A stretch of DNA of 64,000 nt from Alphaproteobacteria bacterium. GTDB taxonomy: Bacteria; Pseudomonadota; Alphaproteobacteria; RF32; CAG-239. The notes under the pieces are model-generated. The model had not been told where the DNA came from, made no database searches, and worked only from the letters and a program-made list of their open reading frames with translations. How positions within the stretch are numbered: position 1 is the first letter of the stretch; each line of letters starts with the position of its first letter. Below are positions 20,427 to 29,341 of this stretch, piece after piece. The position numbers and the translations under genes were made by a program. The stretch is from assembly GCA_045613125.1 (NCBI GenBank), contig JAZLAM010000006.1, positions 18,075-82,074 on the forward strand. Reading direction: 5' to 3'.

Positions 20427-21305
20427 ATGAACAATAATTTATCAAGTTGCACCATTATCACTTTTGAAGCGTTAGAAACAATACCGGAAGATTTAACATT
20501 TTTTTTAGATGAATATTTTGATGTAACCGCTTGTAATTATACCGATGATGGGAAGGAAGAATATGTAGGATATGCCGGACTGGATTTCGATGAAAAAAGT
20601 TTTTTAGATTCCGCTAAAGCGTTAAATTTAACATTGCCTTATTACAAAATAGAAGTTTTAAAAAACAAAAACTGGCTAACTGAAAATGTTATCACATTTG
20701 ATCCTATTGAAACTGACGATTTTTTAATTTACGGAATACATGAAAAAGGAACTCCACAAACCGATAAGCCTACAATAAAAATATACGCTGCAACAGCATT
20801 CGGTTCTGGACATCAAACTACTAAATCTTGTTTAAATGCTATAAGTGATTTAAATAAAATGGGAGCAAAGCATCAAAATATTTTAGATATGGGAACAGGT
20901 TCCGGAATTTTGGCTTTAGCTTGTGCAAAAATATGGCAACAAGATAAATCTATCATCACTGCTGTAGATATTGATGACGAATCGGTCCGAGTTACTACAC
21001 AAAATGCTTTTGATAATAATTTAGAACAATTTTTAAACGTAGCACAAAGTGATGGTTACAGCTCTAAAATTGTTAGCAACAACGCCCCTTATGACATTAT
21101 CTTATCAAACATATTGGCACGCCCCCTAATCGAGATGGCTCCTTCTTTATATACTCATCTTAAAACCGGAGGATATTGTATTATATCTGGATTTATTGAC
21201 AATCAGGTTGATTGGGTTCTAAAAGCTCATGAACAACAAGGTTTAAAATTAATTAAAACCTATAATATTGATAACTGGTATGCTCTTTTATTGGAGAAAA
21301 TATAA
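20427..21305 (+). CDS. prmA: Ribosomal protein L11 methyltransferase
   Basis: SAM motif ILDMGTGSGILALA, plus DIDDESV and ILSNILA. The track start at 20352 is a TTG, and ATG 20427 is my preferred start. Confidence 0.82.
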   Translation: MNNNLSSCTIITFEALETIPEDLTFFLDEYFDVTACNYTDDGKEEYVGYAGLDFDEKSFLDSAKALNLTLPYYKIEVLKNKNWLTENVITFDPIETDDFLIYGIHEKGTPQTDKPTIKIYAATAFGSGHQTTKSCLNAISDLNKMGAKHQNILDMGTGSGILALACAKIWQQDKSIITAVDIDDESVRVTTQNAFDNNLEQFLNVAQSDGYSSKIVSNNAPYDIILSNILARPLIEMAPSLYTHLKTGGYCIISGFIDNQVDWVLKAHEQQGLKLIKTYNIDNWYALLLEKI

Positions 21306-22981
21306 TGAATTTAAAAAAATTTCAACAACAACTGAAATCTGACAATATAGAAGCTTTTTTGGTAACCAGAAACAATATGTATCTTAATCAAGATGTTAAA
21401 AAAGAAGAAAATCAGCTTTTAAAACTTAGTGGTTTTAGTGGTTCGCAAGGATATATGATTGTGACTCAAAAAAAAGCATGGCTTTTGGTAGACAGCAGAT
21501 ATTCTATTCAGGCACGCCTTGAAAGCAATGAAAAAGAAATTGAAGTTATTGATATTAAATCTTTTTTTCCAGCAATCATTGCCTTACTTAAAAACCAAAA
21601 TATAAAAAACCTTACTTGTAATCCTTGGTGTATAAGTGTGTATGATTGGGAAAACTTTGCAAAAAAAGGGATAAATTTAGTTGCAAATGAAAATATTCTT
21701 CAAAATTTAGTTATAAGAAATAATAATATTTTTGAACATAAAATACAGTTTACAGGGGAAAACAGCCATGAAAAATGTTTACAAGTTGCCAATGCTTTAC
21801 CTGAAAAATATGAGGCAATGCTCATAACTTCGGCAGATGAAGTTTCCTGGATTGCAAATTTGCGTTCTGATGATTTGGAACACTCTCCGGTTTTAAGAGC
21901 TTATGGTCTTTTATCAAAACAAGGTATTTTAACTATTTTTGCCGATAATTGTAACTATAGTAATGTTTTACCACTATCAGAACTGAAAAATGAACTTTCA
22001 AAATATGTCGGACAAACCATATTAATTGAAAGAAATTTTACACCACAAAAGATATTAAGTTTGATACCTGAAGGAGTAAAAATAGACACTCGCGGACAAA
22101 ATCCTGTAACATCGTTTAAGTTGATGAAAAATAAAGTTGAGATTGACGGCTTCAAAAAAGCCCATATACGAGATGGTGTTGCAATGGTGAAGTTTTTGCA
22201 TTGGTTTGAACATAATTACAAAGGGAAAACCGAAATTGATGTTGTAAAAAAATTAAAAGAGTTTCGCACACAAGACAATATGTTTTTTTCAGATAGTTTT
22301 TCAACGATTGTAGCCAGTGGTAAAAATGCAGCTATTGTACATTATAATCCTAAAGAAAATTGCTCTTCAATCATAAAAGAAGATACCGTATTGCTAATTG
22401 ATAGCGGGGCACAATATTATGACGGGACAACCGATATCACAAGAACCATTGCTGTCGGAAACCCGTCAGAGGAAATCAAAAATGCATTTACACAGGTTTT
22501 GAAAGCGCATATTGCTTTAGCTTCTTTAACTTTTCCCAAAGATACACCTGCTTATGCTCTAGATGCTATCTGCCGTTCAGAACTTTGGAGAGCATATAAA
22601 AATTACGGACACGGGACAGGCCATAGTGTCGGCCATTTTTTAAATGTTCATGAAGCGCCTTTCGGTTTAAGCCCATATAACAGCAAGTTTGCCGAAGAAA
22701 ATTATATCACTTCTATTGAACCGGGATATTATAAAGAAAATGAATATGGTATACGTATCGAAAATATGGCATATCTTGAACAAACCAATAATTTAGGTTT
22801 TTTAAAATTCAAAAACCTAACCTTTGTACCTATTGATAAACGCTTAATTAATGCTTATCTCTTGAGTAGCGAGGAGCAAAACTGGCTAAACAATTATCAT
22901 AAAGAGGTTATAGATTGTTTAGCTCCACATTTGGATAAGACGTTGAGAGAATGGCTTAAAGAAGTTTGCTCCCCGCTATAA
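21305..22981 (+). CDS. pepP: Aminopeptidase P family (M24B) Xaa-Pro aminopeptidase
   Basis: Metal ligand motifs DSGAQYYDGTTDITRT, HGTGHSVGHFLNVHE, EPGYY, IRIEN. Confidence 0.85.
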   Translation: MNLKKFQQQLKSDNIEAFLVTRNNMYLNQDVKKEENQLLKLSGFSGSQGYMIVTQKKAWLLVDSRYSIQARLESNEKEIEVIDIKSFFPAIIALLKNQNIKNLTCNPWCISVYDWENFAKKGINLVANENILQNLVIRNNNIFEHKIQFTGENSHEKCLQVANALPEKYEAMLITSADEVSWIANLRSDDLEHSPVLRAYGLLSKQGILTIFADNCNYSNVLPLSELKNELSKYVGQTILIERNFTPQKILSLIPEGVKIDTRGQNPVTSFKLMKNKVEIDGFKKAHIRDGVAMVKFLHWFEHNYKGKTEIDVVKKLKEFRTQDNMFFSDSFSTIVASGKNAAIVHYNPKENCSSIIKEDTVLLIDSGAQYYDGTTDITRTIAVGNPSEEIKNAFTQVLKAHIALASLTFPKDTPAYALDAICRSELWRAYKNYGHGTGHSVGHFLNVHEAPFGLSPYNSKFAEENYITSIEPGYYKENEYGIRIENMAYLEQTNNLGFLKFKNLTFVPIDKRLINAYLLSSEEQNWLNNYHKEVIDCLAPHLDKTLREWLKEVCSPL

Positions 22982-23001
22982 AATTTTCAAAAGGAGAAAC
23001 C

Positions 23002-23463
23002 ATGAAAAGATTTTTTTTTGCCGTTATGGTGCTAACCATAATGATTTATCCGGTATATGCAAATTTAGTATTTAATAGTGCAGGGTATCCCTTAAATCAA
23101 CCATTACAAGAATATTTTTCTGCCGAAGATCAAAATTATAATAGATCTATCATTTATATCTTTTTTAATAATGATCAAGACTGTTATCAATGTCCGCAAA
23201 CGGTAGAAATTACTGAACAAGTGTATAATCAATATTACAGCAATAAATACTCGATGTTTGTCATTAATTATGCCGAAGATACCGAATATGATTTTGCCAC
23301 AGCCTATAAACTAAACTCACCTCTTGCCATCGTGTTGGTAAAAATTGAAAACGGCAATGTTGTCGGTTATCAAAAAATCAGCAATCCACAAAATATGCTT
23401 TCGTTCGGAGAAGATTATATCCTTTACTTAAAACAACAAATTGATACTTATTTAGGATCTTAA
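23002..23463 (+). CDS. Secreted thioredoxin-fold-like protein with a CxxC motif (hypothetical)
   Basis: AAGGAG Shine-Dalgarno before ATG 23002. Signal peptide MKRFFFAVMVLTIMIYPVYA. IIYIFFNNDQDCYQCP has the beta-strand-then-CxxC layout of thioredoxins, and a later SPLAIVLV is a candidate cis-Pro strand. Confidence 0.5.
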   Translation: MKRFFFAVMVLTIMIYPVYANLVFNSAGYPLNQPLQEYFSAEDQNYNRSIIYIFFNNDQDCYQCPQTVEITEQVYNQYYSNKYSMFVINYAEDTEYDFATAYKLNSPLAIVLVKIENGNVVGYQKISNPQNMLSFGEDYILYLKQQIDTYLGS

Positions 23464-23490
23464 AAAAGGCTCTTTTTATGAGCCTTTTTT
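23462..23490. terminator. Bidirectional terminator between convergent genes
   Basis: AAAAAAGGCTC-TTTTTAT-GAGCCTTTTTT. A GGCTC/GAGCC core is flanked by A and T runs. Confidence 0.6.
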
Positions 23491-23494
23491 AAGA

Positions 23495-24661
23495 TTAGAA
23501 ACTGGTAACAACACGAAGATAATTTACACTTGAGCCCGTTAAACTTCCACCTCTGGTATTATTCGTACGATTACCATTTGAAAAATTAATAACCCAAGAA
23601 TTTATACCACTAGCAGGGGTAGAAGACCAATATTTGGCTTCAGAAAATTGTGCGGCATCTACACCTTTTTGCGCCAGTTGTTCCAATGTGTCATTAACCT
23701 TATCTAATGCAAAAGAAGAATCTGCACCACTTTTTCCACCACCATGATCTACTGAATCCAAAGGATTTCTTCCGTATAACTCCATAAGTTCACCTATAGT
23801 TGGTATCCACCACCGCCCCGGACCAAAAGCATGGTTGTTTGCGTTGGTGGTTGTATCCGGATAAAAAGCCATTGCCGCTTCAGCTGCCAAAGATGAACAA
23901 TATCTGATATCATTTTCAATACCTTGAGTAATTTCTTGACATATACCGGTACCATCTTCCCATCGAAAAAGATGACTAGTATTTATTGCACCAGTTGCAT
24001 AAACCGGTGATGTGTAATCACGAGCATTTAAAAATGGTGCAAGAGCATCTGTATTATATATAGCAATATCCTCTGTTCTAGTTGTAAAATCCATATTTCC
24101 AAGACCTAACGGTATCTTTGTCACAGAGTTATCATATGGGTTTTGAGGATCAAACGAATACGTTGCCGTTTTACCACTACCTTCTTTTATAAATGTTAAA
24201 TCTTTTAAGTTGACAATTTTTCCACGAGAACCAAGATCATTTTCCAACCAAAAAACAACGCCAATCGGTTTTTTCTGAGATGACGGATCATAGTCATCAA
24301 TTAAAGAACAAGAATCATCTGAATAAAAAACATAACCGATTTCACAATTTTTCGCATTCTTATCAGGTGAACTACACAAAGTGTAAGCAGAATCGCTTGG
24401 ACATTCAACCAAAGAGCCACACCAACTTTTTTTATCTGCTTTAGTAAAACCAAGACTGGCACAATCTGTGTTTTTTGCCAATGCACATTTTTTATAATCT
24501 CTATCAAAAGGACAATATATATATCCTCCTTTAGGACAGTTTGGATCACCTTCTTTAGAATACCCTAAAGATTTACAACTGGGATATTCAGAACAATTAA
24601 GCCCTGCCGAATTTGCCGAAAAAGAAACTAACATTAACAATAAAGACAAAACATACTTCAT
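23495..24661 (-). CDS. Secreted Cys-rich protein with a C-terminal DUF1566/Lcl-like (Fib_succ_major-like) domain
   Basis: Signal peptide MKYVLSLLLMLVSFSANSA. There are 11 Cys in the first ~100 mature residues, including two C-x2-LG[YF] modules. The C-terminus RWWIPTIGELMELY ... KYWSSTP ... SWVINFSNGNRTNN ... YLRVV resembles the DUF1566 signature (WRLPT..EL / YWSST / V.F..G). GAAAGGAA Shine-Dalgarno. Confidence 0.6.
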   Translation of the reverse strand: MKYVLSLLLMLVSFSANSAGLNCSEYPSCKSLGYSKEGDPNCPKGGYIYCPFDRDYKKCALAKNTDCASLGFTKADKKSWCGSLVECPSDSAYTLCSSPDKNAKNCEIGYVFYSDDSCSLIDDYDPSSQKKPIGVVFWLENDLGSRGKIVNLKDLTFIKEGSGKTATYSFDPQNPYDNSVTKIPLGLGNMDFTTRTEDIAIYNTDALAPFLNARDYTSPVYATGAINTSHLFRWEDGTGICQEITQGIENDIRYCSSLAAEAAMAFYPDTTTNANNHAFGPGRWWIPTIGELMELYGRNPLDSVDHGGGKSGADSSFALDKVNDTLEQLAQKGVDAAQFSEAKYWSSTPASGINSWVINFSNGNRTNNTRGGSLTGSSVNYLRVVTSF

Positions 24662-24674
24662 ATTCTTTTCCTTT

Positions 24675-25136
24675 CTAATTAAAACAATGGACCCTGTTTA
24701 AATCTGCAGGACATCTTAAATAGTTTGTACAATCTTCACTACTGTCCTCATATCCCAACGAAGCACAAAATTCCACCGGGTTCTCAGGACGCACTATCTC
24801 CGCCATTTTTCCATCCCAACAATTATTATAATTAACTTGCCCTTCTTCACATTCTATGGAGCAATCAAAACATGCCAAGCCTTTAAACTCAATTTCTGTA
24901 CAACTATACTTATCTTCAGGTGGTTTGTTATCGGCTGTATAATATTTTCCGTCTTTACACTCCCACTTTGCACAATGCCACTTGCTTGTATCATATTGGC
25001 AAGCCACACCACCATATTGACAAGAAGATTCAGTATACCCGAGCTCTTCACATCGTTCTCTATAATCGTTAACGCACTGTGATTCTGCTTGTGTCGGATA
25101 TGGTAACACTAAAAGAAGCGCTACAATCAACCACAT
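24675..25136 (-). CDS. Small secreted, extremely Cys-rich protein (15 Cys in ~136 mature residues)
   Basis: AAGGAG Shine-Dalgarno, signal peptide MWLIVALLLVLPYPTQA, and two copies of the same C-x2-LGY module found in the downstream gene. Confidence 0.6.
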   Translation of the reverse strand: MWLIVALLLVLPYPTQAESQCVNDYRERCEELGYTESSCQYGGVACQYDTSKWHCAKWECKDGKYYTADNKPPEDKYSCTEIEFKGLACFDCSIECEEGQVNYNNCWDGKMAEIVRPENPVEFCASLGYEDSSEDCTNYLRCPADLNRVHCFN

Positions 25137-25174
25137 GAAACTTACTCCTTCTTGTTAAACAATCTATATATTTG

Positions 25175-25203
25175 AGTATACCAAAAATCTTTTATTTTTT
25201 CAA
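25175..25203 (-). promoter_or_regulatory. Sigma70-like promoter for the Cys-rich gene pair
   Basis: On the minus strand, TTGAAA-(17 nt)-TATACT with TGG immediately upstream of the -10 element. It lies ~40 nt upstream of the 25136 start. Confidence 0.45.
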
Positions 25204-25216
25204 CTTTAAAATGTCA

Positions 25217-25648
25217 TTAAATATAATTTTTCATTTTTTCTACTAACTCTGTAGGCATACGCATAGGTCTGCGTTTTGCCAAATTGACATACACAGCTTT
25301 TACCTTAACTTCTACCAAAACATCTTCATTGCGTTTTATTTGTTGCAAAAGTGTGACGGTGGCTCCTGTTTGTTCAATTGTTTCGCAACTTACAGTCAAC
25401 AAATCGTCCAAAATAGCAGGAGATCTATAATCAGCTTCAACATGTCTGACCATAAATGCAAATCTGTCTTTTTCTAAAACTTCCTGTTGATTGCCAATCC
25501 CTATATAACGCAAAAATTCTGTCCTGGCGCGTTCTGCAAATTTTAAATAGTTTGCATAATATACAACACCACCGGCATCTGTATCTTCATAATACACACG
25601 AACAGGTAAAACAAACTTTCCTTTTGTATCATCAAACTCACAATTCAT
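25217..25648 (-). CDS. ybgC: YbgC-type 4HBT acyl-CoA thioesterase
   Basis: Motif [32 protein letters not shown]. It follows ruvAB as in tol-pal regions. The alternative start at 25663 adds 5 aa. Confidence 0.8.
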   Translation of the reverse strand: MNCEFDDTKGKFVLPVRVYYEDTDAGGVVYYANYLKFAERARTEFLRYIGIGNQQEVLEKDRFAFMVRHVEADYRSPAILDDLLTVSCETIEQTGATVTLLQQIKRNEDVLVEVKVKAVYVNLAKRRPMRMPTELVEKMKNYI

Positions 25649-26711
25649 CTTTTTTACTTTCAATATTAGCTAACAAATCAAACTGGGTATTGTCTTTTTT
25701 AATTCTAGGCTTAGAAATTCCCATATATTGACAACCTAAATCGGATATTATACGCCCTCTTGGTGTTCTTTGAATAAAACCTAGTTTTAATAAAAACGGC
25801 TCAACAACCTCTTCAATTGTGTCACGTTCTTCCGACAGAGCAGCTGCTAATGTATCCGCTCCGACAGGTCCTCCACCATAATTTACGGCTATACAATTAA
25901 GATATCTTCTGTCAAAATTATCAAGACCGAAATTATCAACATCTAAACGTTTTAAGGCCATATCGGCAAGTTTATTATCAATTTCGCTACCTCCTGATAC
26001 AGCTCCAAAATCACGTACACGACGCAAAAGACGTCCTGCTACGCGAGGCGTTCCTCTTGAACGTTTGGCTATTTCAAGAGCTCCGTTTTCAGAAATAGGC
26101 ATTCCTAAAATCGATGCCCCTCTTAATACGATTTGTTTTAGTTCATCATGAGTATAAAAATCAAGCCTTAGCGGAATACCGAATCGTTCACGTAATGGAG
26201 TCGATAAAAGTCCTGAACGAGTTGTAGCACCAACTAAGGTAAACGGTTGCAAATCTATTCTGACAGAACGAGCCGAAGGTCCCTCCCCAATAATTAAATC
26301 TAGCTGAAAATCCTCCATGGCCGAATATAAAACTTCTTCAATTGCCGGATTCAAACGATGAATTTCATCAATAAACAAAACATCATTAGGTTCCAAATTA
26401 GTAAGTATTGCAGCTAAATCTCCCGATTTTGTAATCATAGGAGCTGATGTTGCTTTAAAACCTACACCAAGCTCTTTTGCCACAATTGAAGCAAGTGTTG
26501 TTTTACCAAGTCCCGGAGGACCGAAAAGTAAAACATGATCCAAAGCCTCATTTCTTTGTTTTGCTGCATCAATAAACACTTTCAAATTTTGACAAGCTAA
26601 AGTTTGTCCCACAAAATCTGCCAAACATTGCGGTCTGGTATTCAAGGGCACATTAATAGAATTTTTTTCATCATCTGCCAACGGATATGGGCTTACAATT
26701 CTTTCTTCCAT
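25638..26711 (-). CDS. ruvB: Holliday junction helicase RuvB
   Basis: Walker [10 protein letters not shown], Walker [10 protein letters not shown] and GATTRSGLL. Confidence 0.97.
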   Translation of the reverse strand: MEERIVSPYPLADDEKNSINVPLNTRPQCLADFVGQTLACQNLKVFIDAAKQRNEALDHVLLFGPPGLGKTTLASIVAKELGVGFKATSAPMITKSGDLAAILTNLEPNDVLFIDEIHRLNPAIEEVLYSAMEDFQLDLIIGEGPSARSVRIDLQPFTLVGATTRSGLLSTPLRERFGIPLRLDFYTHDELKQIVLRGASILGMPISENGALEIAKRSRGTPRVAGRLLRRVRDFGAVSGGSEIDNKLADMALKRLDVDNFGLDNFDRRYLNCIAVNYGGGPVGADTLAAALSEERDTIEEVVEPFLLKLGFIQRTPRGRIISDLGCQYMGISKPRIKKDNTQFDLLANIESKKDEL

Positions 26712-26714
26712 TTT

Positions 26715-27353
26715 TTAAAAATCCTTTCCGGCAAATTCTTTTAACGACAACTTTATAAGTTCTGATATTGATTTATCTTTGTTTGCCTCATAAATTTTTG
26801 CTACGGTTTTATATGCTTCCAAACGCTGATAACCCAAATTTACCAGAGCTGAAATAACATCTTCCATTGCACCTGTATCTCCAGCAATCGTAGTGTTTTC
26901 AGAAATTTGTTCAGATAAAGATAAATCAGCAACACAAACATCCCCAATAGGCACCGTAACGATTTTATCTTTAAGTTCCGTAACCAAACGAGCAGCCAAC
27001 TTCGGACCAACGCCATTTGCTCTTAAAAACGAGCCTTTATCCTGAGCTGAGACGGCTTGGGCCAATTGGGAAGGCGTTAATGCTGATAAAATACTTAAAC
27101 AAACTTTTGCTCCAACACCTTGAACTTTGGTAAGAGTATTAAACCACTCTTTTTCCCACGCATCATAAAAGCCAAACAAAGAAATGCTATCTTCACGAAC
27201 AACTGTTTCTATTAATAAAGAAACTTCCAATCCTTTATTAAGCCGTGCCAAAGTTTTTGACGAAGCCCACACCAGATAACCGACCCCATGCACATCAATT
27301 ATACAATTATCCTCAAATACACTATCGATAATACCTTTAAGTTTTGCTATCAT
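26715..27353 (-). CDS. ruvA: Holliday junction DNA-binding protein RuvA
   Basis: Motifs MIAKLKGII, GVGYLV, VQGVGAKV, GVGPKLAARL. Confidence 0.92.
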   Translation of the reverse strand: MIAKLKGIIDSVFEDNCIIDVHGVGYLVWASSKTLARLNKGLEVSLLIETVVREDSISLFGFYDAWEKEWFNTLTKVQGVGAKVCLSILSALTPSQLAQAVSAQDKGSFLRANGVGPKLAARLVTELKDKIVTVPIGDVCVADLSLSEQISENTTIAGDTGAMEDVISALVNLGYQRLEAYKTVAKIYEANKDKSISELIKLSLKEFAGKDF

Positions 27354-27507
27354 TTATTAATCCTAAAAAAACATTTTTTATTACTGTATATGAGTTTACC
27401 TTACCTTACAAGTTTTTTTATTAATCTTTGCAAAGTTTTAAGCAATCCCTTTTTTTTGTTTTTTTTAATATTAAATATTAGAAACATTTTATTTTAGAGG
27501 AGGAAAA

Positions 27508-28650
27508 ATGAAAAAATTAATTTTAATCTGTTTATTTAGCGCGCTTATTTATTCAGGAAATGTTTCTGCTCGTTCTTTAGGAACTGACTATGACATGTTC
27601 AAATATTGGCTTAATAAAAATTATGGCATTGATTATGGAATTGACACTTCTTTTATGCCTCAACGAGGAGCACCCGGTGGAAAATATAATGCTGTACAAC
27701 TTTATATATATCCTTATCTGACATGGACAACTCATAAAAATGAATATGGAACAGGAAGCTTAAATATGGCCTACACTATCATACGCTATGGCAATCATAA
27801 TGCTGCAGATGTAGGAAACAATATGGGTGTTGTCGATGATATAAACGATTATAACACAAAAGCTAACGAATTTAATGAGTTATATTACACCTACCAATTA
27901 GGCGGCAAATTTAATTGGTTGACGTTGGGTCTGGGACAATATCCTATTTATAATTTTGATGGTTCTCCATATAATTCAAATCAACAAGTAAACTTTATTA
28001 ACTATGCATTATCACAAAACGCAACTTCAACATATCCGACTGCAGGTGTTGGTGCTTTTGTTCAAATCGCACCTGAAAACAGCGATTGGAGTTTTGCAAT
28101 AGGTTCTCAAGATGCCAGTAATGTAGATGCTGTAAGCGTGAGAGTTAACGATCTAAATGACGGACATTTCACAACTTTTGCTCAACTTCAATATGCTCCG
28201 TCTAACAAACTTGGAGATGCTGAATTTTCTGTTTTACTGTATAATCAACCCTCTGTAAAACTTCAACCTCAAACAACCAATGGTTGGTCAATTAATTTAT
28301 CGCAAAACATTGGAGAAAAATGGAACATTTTCGGCCGTGTAAACGGGGTATCCGGACACATGGATACAATCGAACAATCATGGTCGGCTGGTATTGTTCG
28401 CTTAAATCCGTTAGGAAGAAACGATTTAGACCAAATTGGTCTTGCTTATGCCTATAATAAAATCAATGAAGAAGCTGTGGGAGAAAAACTTTCTCATGAT
28501 GCAGAGCAAATTATTGAAGCATATTGGTCATGGGGAATTTCTAAATGGGCTACAATAACCCCTGATGTACAATTTTACATAAATCCGGCACTTAATCCTA
28601 AATCAGATTACGGCACAGTTGTTTCACTAAGGCTAACATTATTTATGTAA
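27508..28650 (+). CDS. OprB-family (carbohydrate-selective) porin-like outer membrane protein
   Basis: GAGGAGG Shine-Dalgarno, signal peptide MKKLILICLFSALIYSGNVSA, aromatic-rich beta-strand periodicity and C-terminal ITPDVQFYINPALNP ... VVSLRLTLFM. This resembles the OprB 'PDLQYIINP' signature from memory. Confidence 0.6.
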   Translation: MKKLILICLFSALIYSGNVSARSLGTDYDMFKYWLNKNYGIDYGIDTSFMPQRGAPGGKYNAVQLYIYPYLTWTTHKNEYGTGSLNMAYTIIRYGNHNAADVGNNMGVVDDINDYNTKANEFNELYYTYQLGGKFNWLTLGLGQYPIYNFDGSPYNSNQQVNFINYALSQNATSTYPTAGVGAFVQIAPENSDWSFAIGSQDASNVDAVSVRVNDLNDGHFTTFAQLQYAPSNKLGDAEFSVLLYNQPSVKLQPQTTNGWSINLSQNIGEKWNIFGRVNGVSGHMDTIEQSWSAGIVRLNPLGRNDLDQIGLAYAYNKINEEAVGEKLSHDAEQIIEAYWSWGISKWATITPDVQFYINPALNPKSDYGTVVSLRLTLFM

Positions 28651-28675
28651 AAAGTTTAATAAAATAATAACATCC

Positions 28676-28713
28676 AAGCAGTTAATAAAAAATATTAACT
28701 GCTTATTTTTTTT
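28676..28713 (+). terminator. Rho-independent terminator after the porin gene
   Basis: 12 bp stem AAGCAGTTAATA / TATTAACTGCTT with loop AAAAA, followed by ATTTTTTTTT. Confidence 0.7.
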
Positions 28714-28715
28714 GC

Positions 28716-28745
28716 TTTACAAGACAAAAGAAATAAGATTAAAAT
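28716..28745 (+). promoter_or_regulatory. Candidate sigma70 promoter of the protease/7TM/ATP-grasp cassette
   Basis: TTTACA-(18 nt)-TAAAAT immediately after the porin terminator. Confidence 0.35.
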
Positions 28746-28777
28746 CTGTCATGTCTTTGATAAAAATGGAATTAAAA

Positions 28778-29323
28778 ATGTATAGATTTAAAAAAATAAT
28801 ATTTGTAATTACTATATCCTTAACACTTTGTTGTTGTACAAATATACATCAAAAATCTTCTATTGTTCCGGCAATAGTTCCTCATGCACAAAAAATAAAA
28901 ACAGAAACACCAAAAATAACAAATATCATAGGTGCTGTTGAGCCTATTTATATACTACCGATGAAATCGGCCTTTTATGCTCGAGTTGACACTGGAGCTA
29001 CAACATCTTCCATTGATGTCACAAATTTAAAACGTTTTGAACGAGATGGTGAAAAGTGGGTTTCTTTTACAATTACTAATCGTCGAAGCGGTGAAACTTA
29101 TAATTTTGAGAAACAAATTTATAAACGTGTTCGCATAACAAGAGCCGAAGAGCATGAACGCCGTGTTAAGGTGTTTATGGATGTCCGTTTTGGAGGAGAA
29201 AAATTCAGCGCTGAGTTTACTTTAGCCGAACGTAATGATTTTGACTATCAAGCTTTAATCGGACGCAATATATTAACCGGAAGAGCAATCGTAGACACTT
29301 CCATTTCTAACACCCTAAAATAA
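28778..29323 (+). CDS. Retropepsin-like aspartic protease of the 'putative ATP-dependent zinc protease' (RimB-like, DUF785) family, lipoprotein
   Basis: Lipobox ISLTLCCC. Aspartyl-protease signature ARVDTGATTSSI and LIGRNIL near the C-terminus. The track start at 28712 is a TTG inside the upstream terminator, and I prefer ATG 28778 (28751 and 28766 are possible). Confidence 0.7.
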   Translation: MYRFKKIIFVITISLTLCCCTNIHQKSSIVPAIVPHAQKIKTETPKITNIIGAVEPIYILPMKSAFYARVDTGATTSSIDVTNLKRFERDGEKWVSFTITNRRSGETYNFEKQIYKRVRITRAEEHERRVKVFMDVRFGGEKFSAEFTLAERNDFDYQALIGRNILTGRAIVDTSISNTLK

Positions 29324-29341
29324 CATAAAGCTGGAACTACC

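Noticed and set aside
24301-25082. Three overlapping ORFs (24301-24549 minus, 24837-25082 plus, 24854-25051 minus) inside the Cys-rich genes.
   Set aside because: These are alternative-frame or antisense readings of the two Cys-rich genes. The main frames have signal peptides, strong Shine-Dalgarno sequences and the repeated module, and these ORFs have none.
27382-27401. TACTGTATATGAGTTTACCT upstream of ruvA, whose left half is identical to the E. coli LexA box half-site TACTGTATAT.
   Set aside because: The right half lacks the required ACAG. Alphaproteobacterial LexA recognises GTTC-N7-GTTC-type direct repeats, which I do not see here. In AT-rich DNA a half match is not meaningful.
28712-28777. 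Track start (TTG at 28712) for the protease gene; a similar case is the 40305-40532 plus-strand ORF.
   Set aside because: The 28712 start lies inside the stem-loop and T-run of the porin terminator and upstream of the candidate promoter. The 40305-40532 ORF begins in the aas terminator hairpin and runs antisense into the aas coding sequence.
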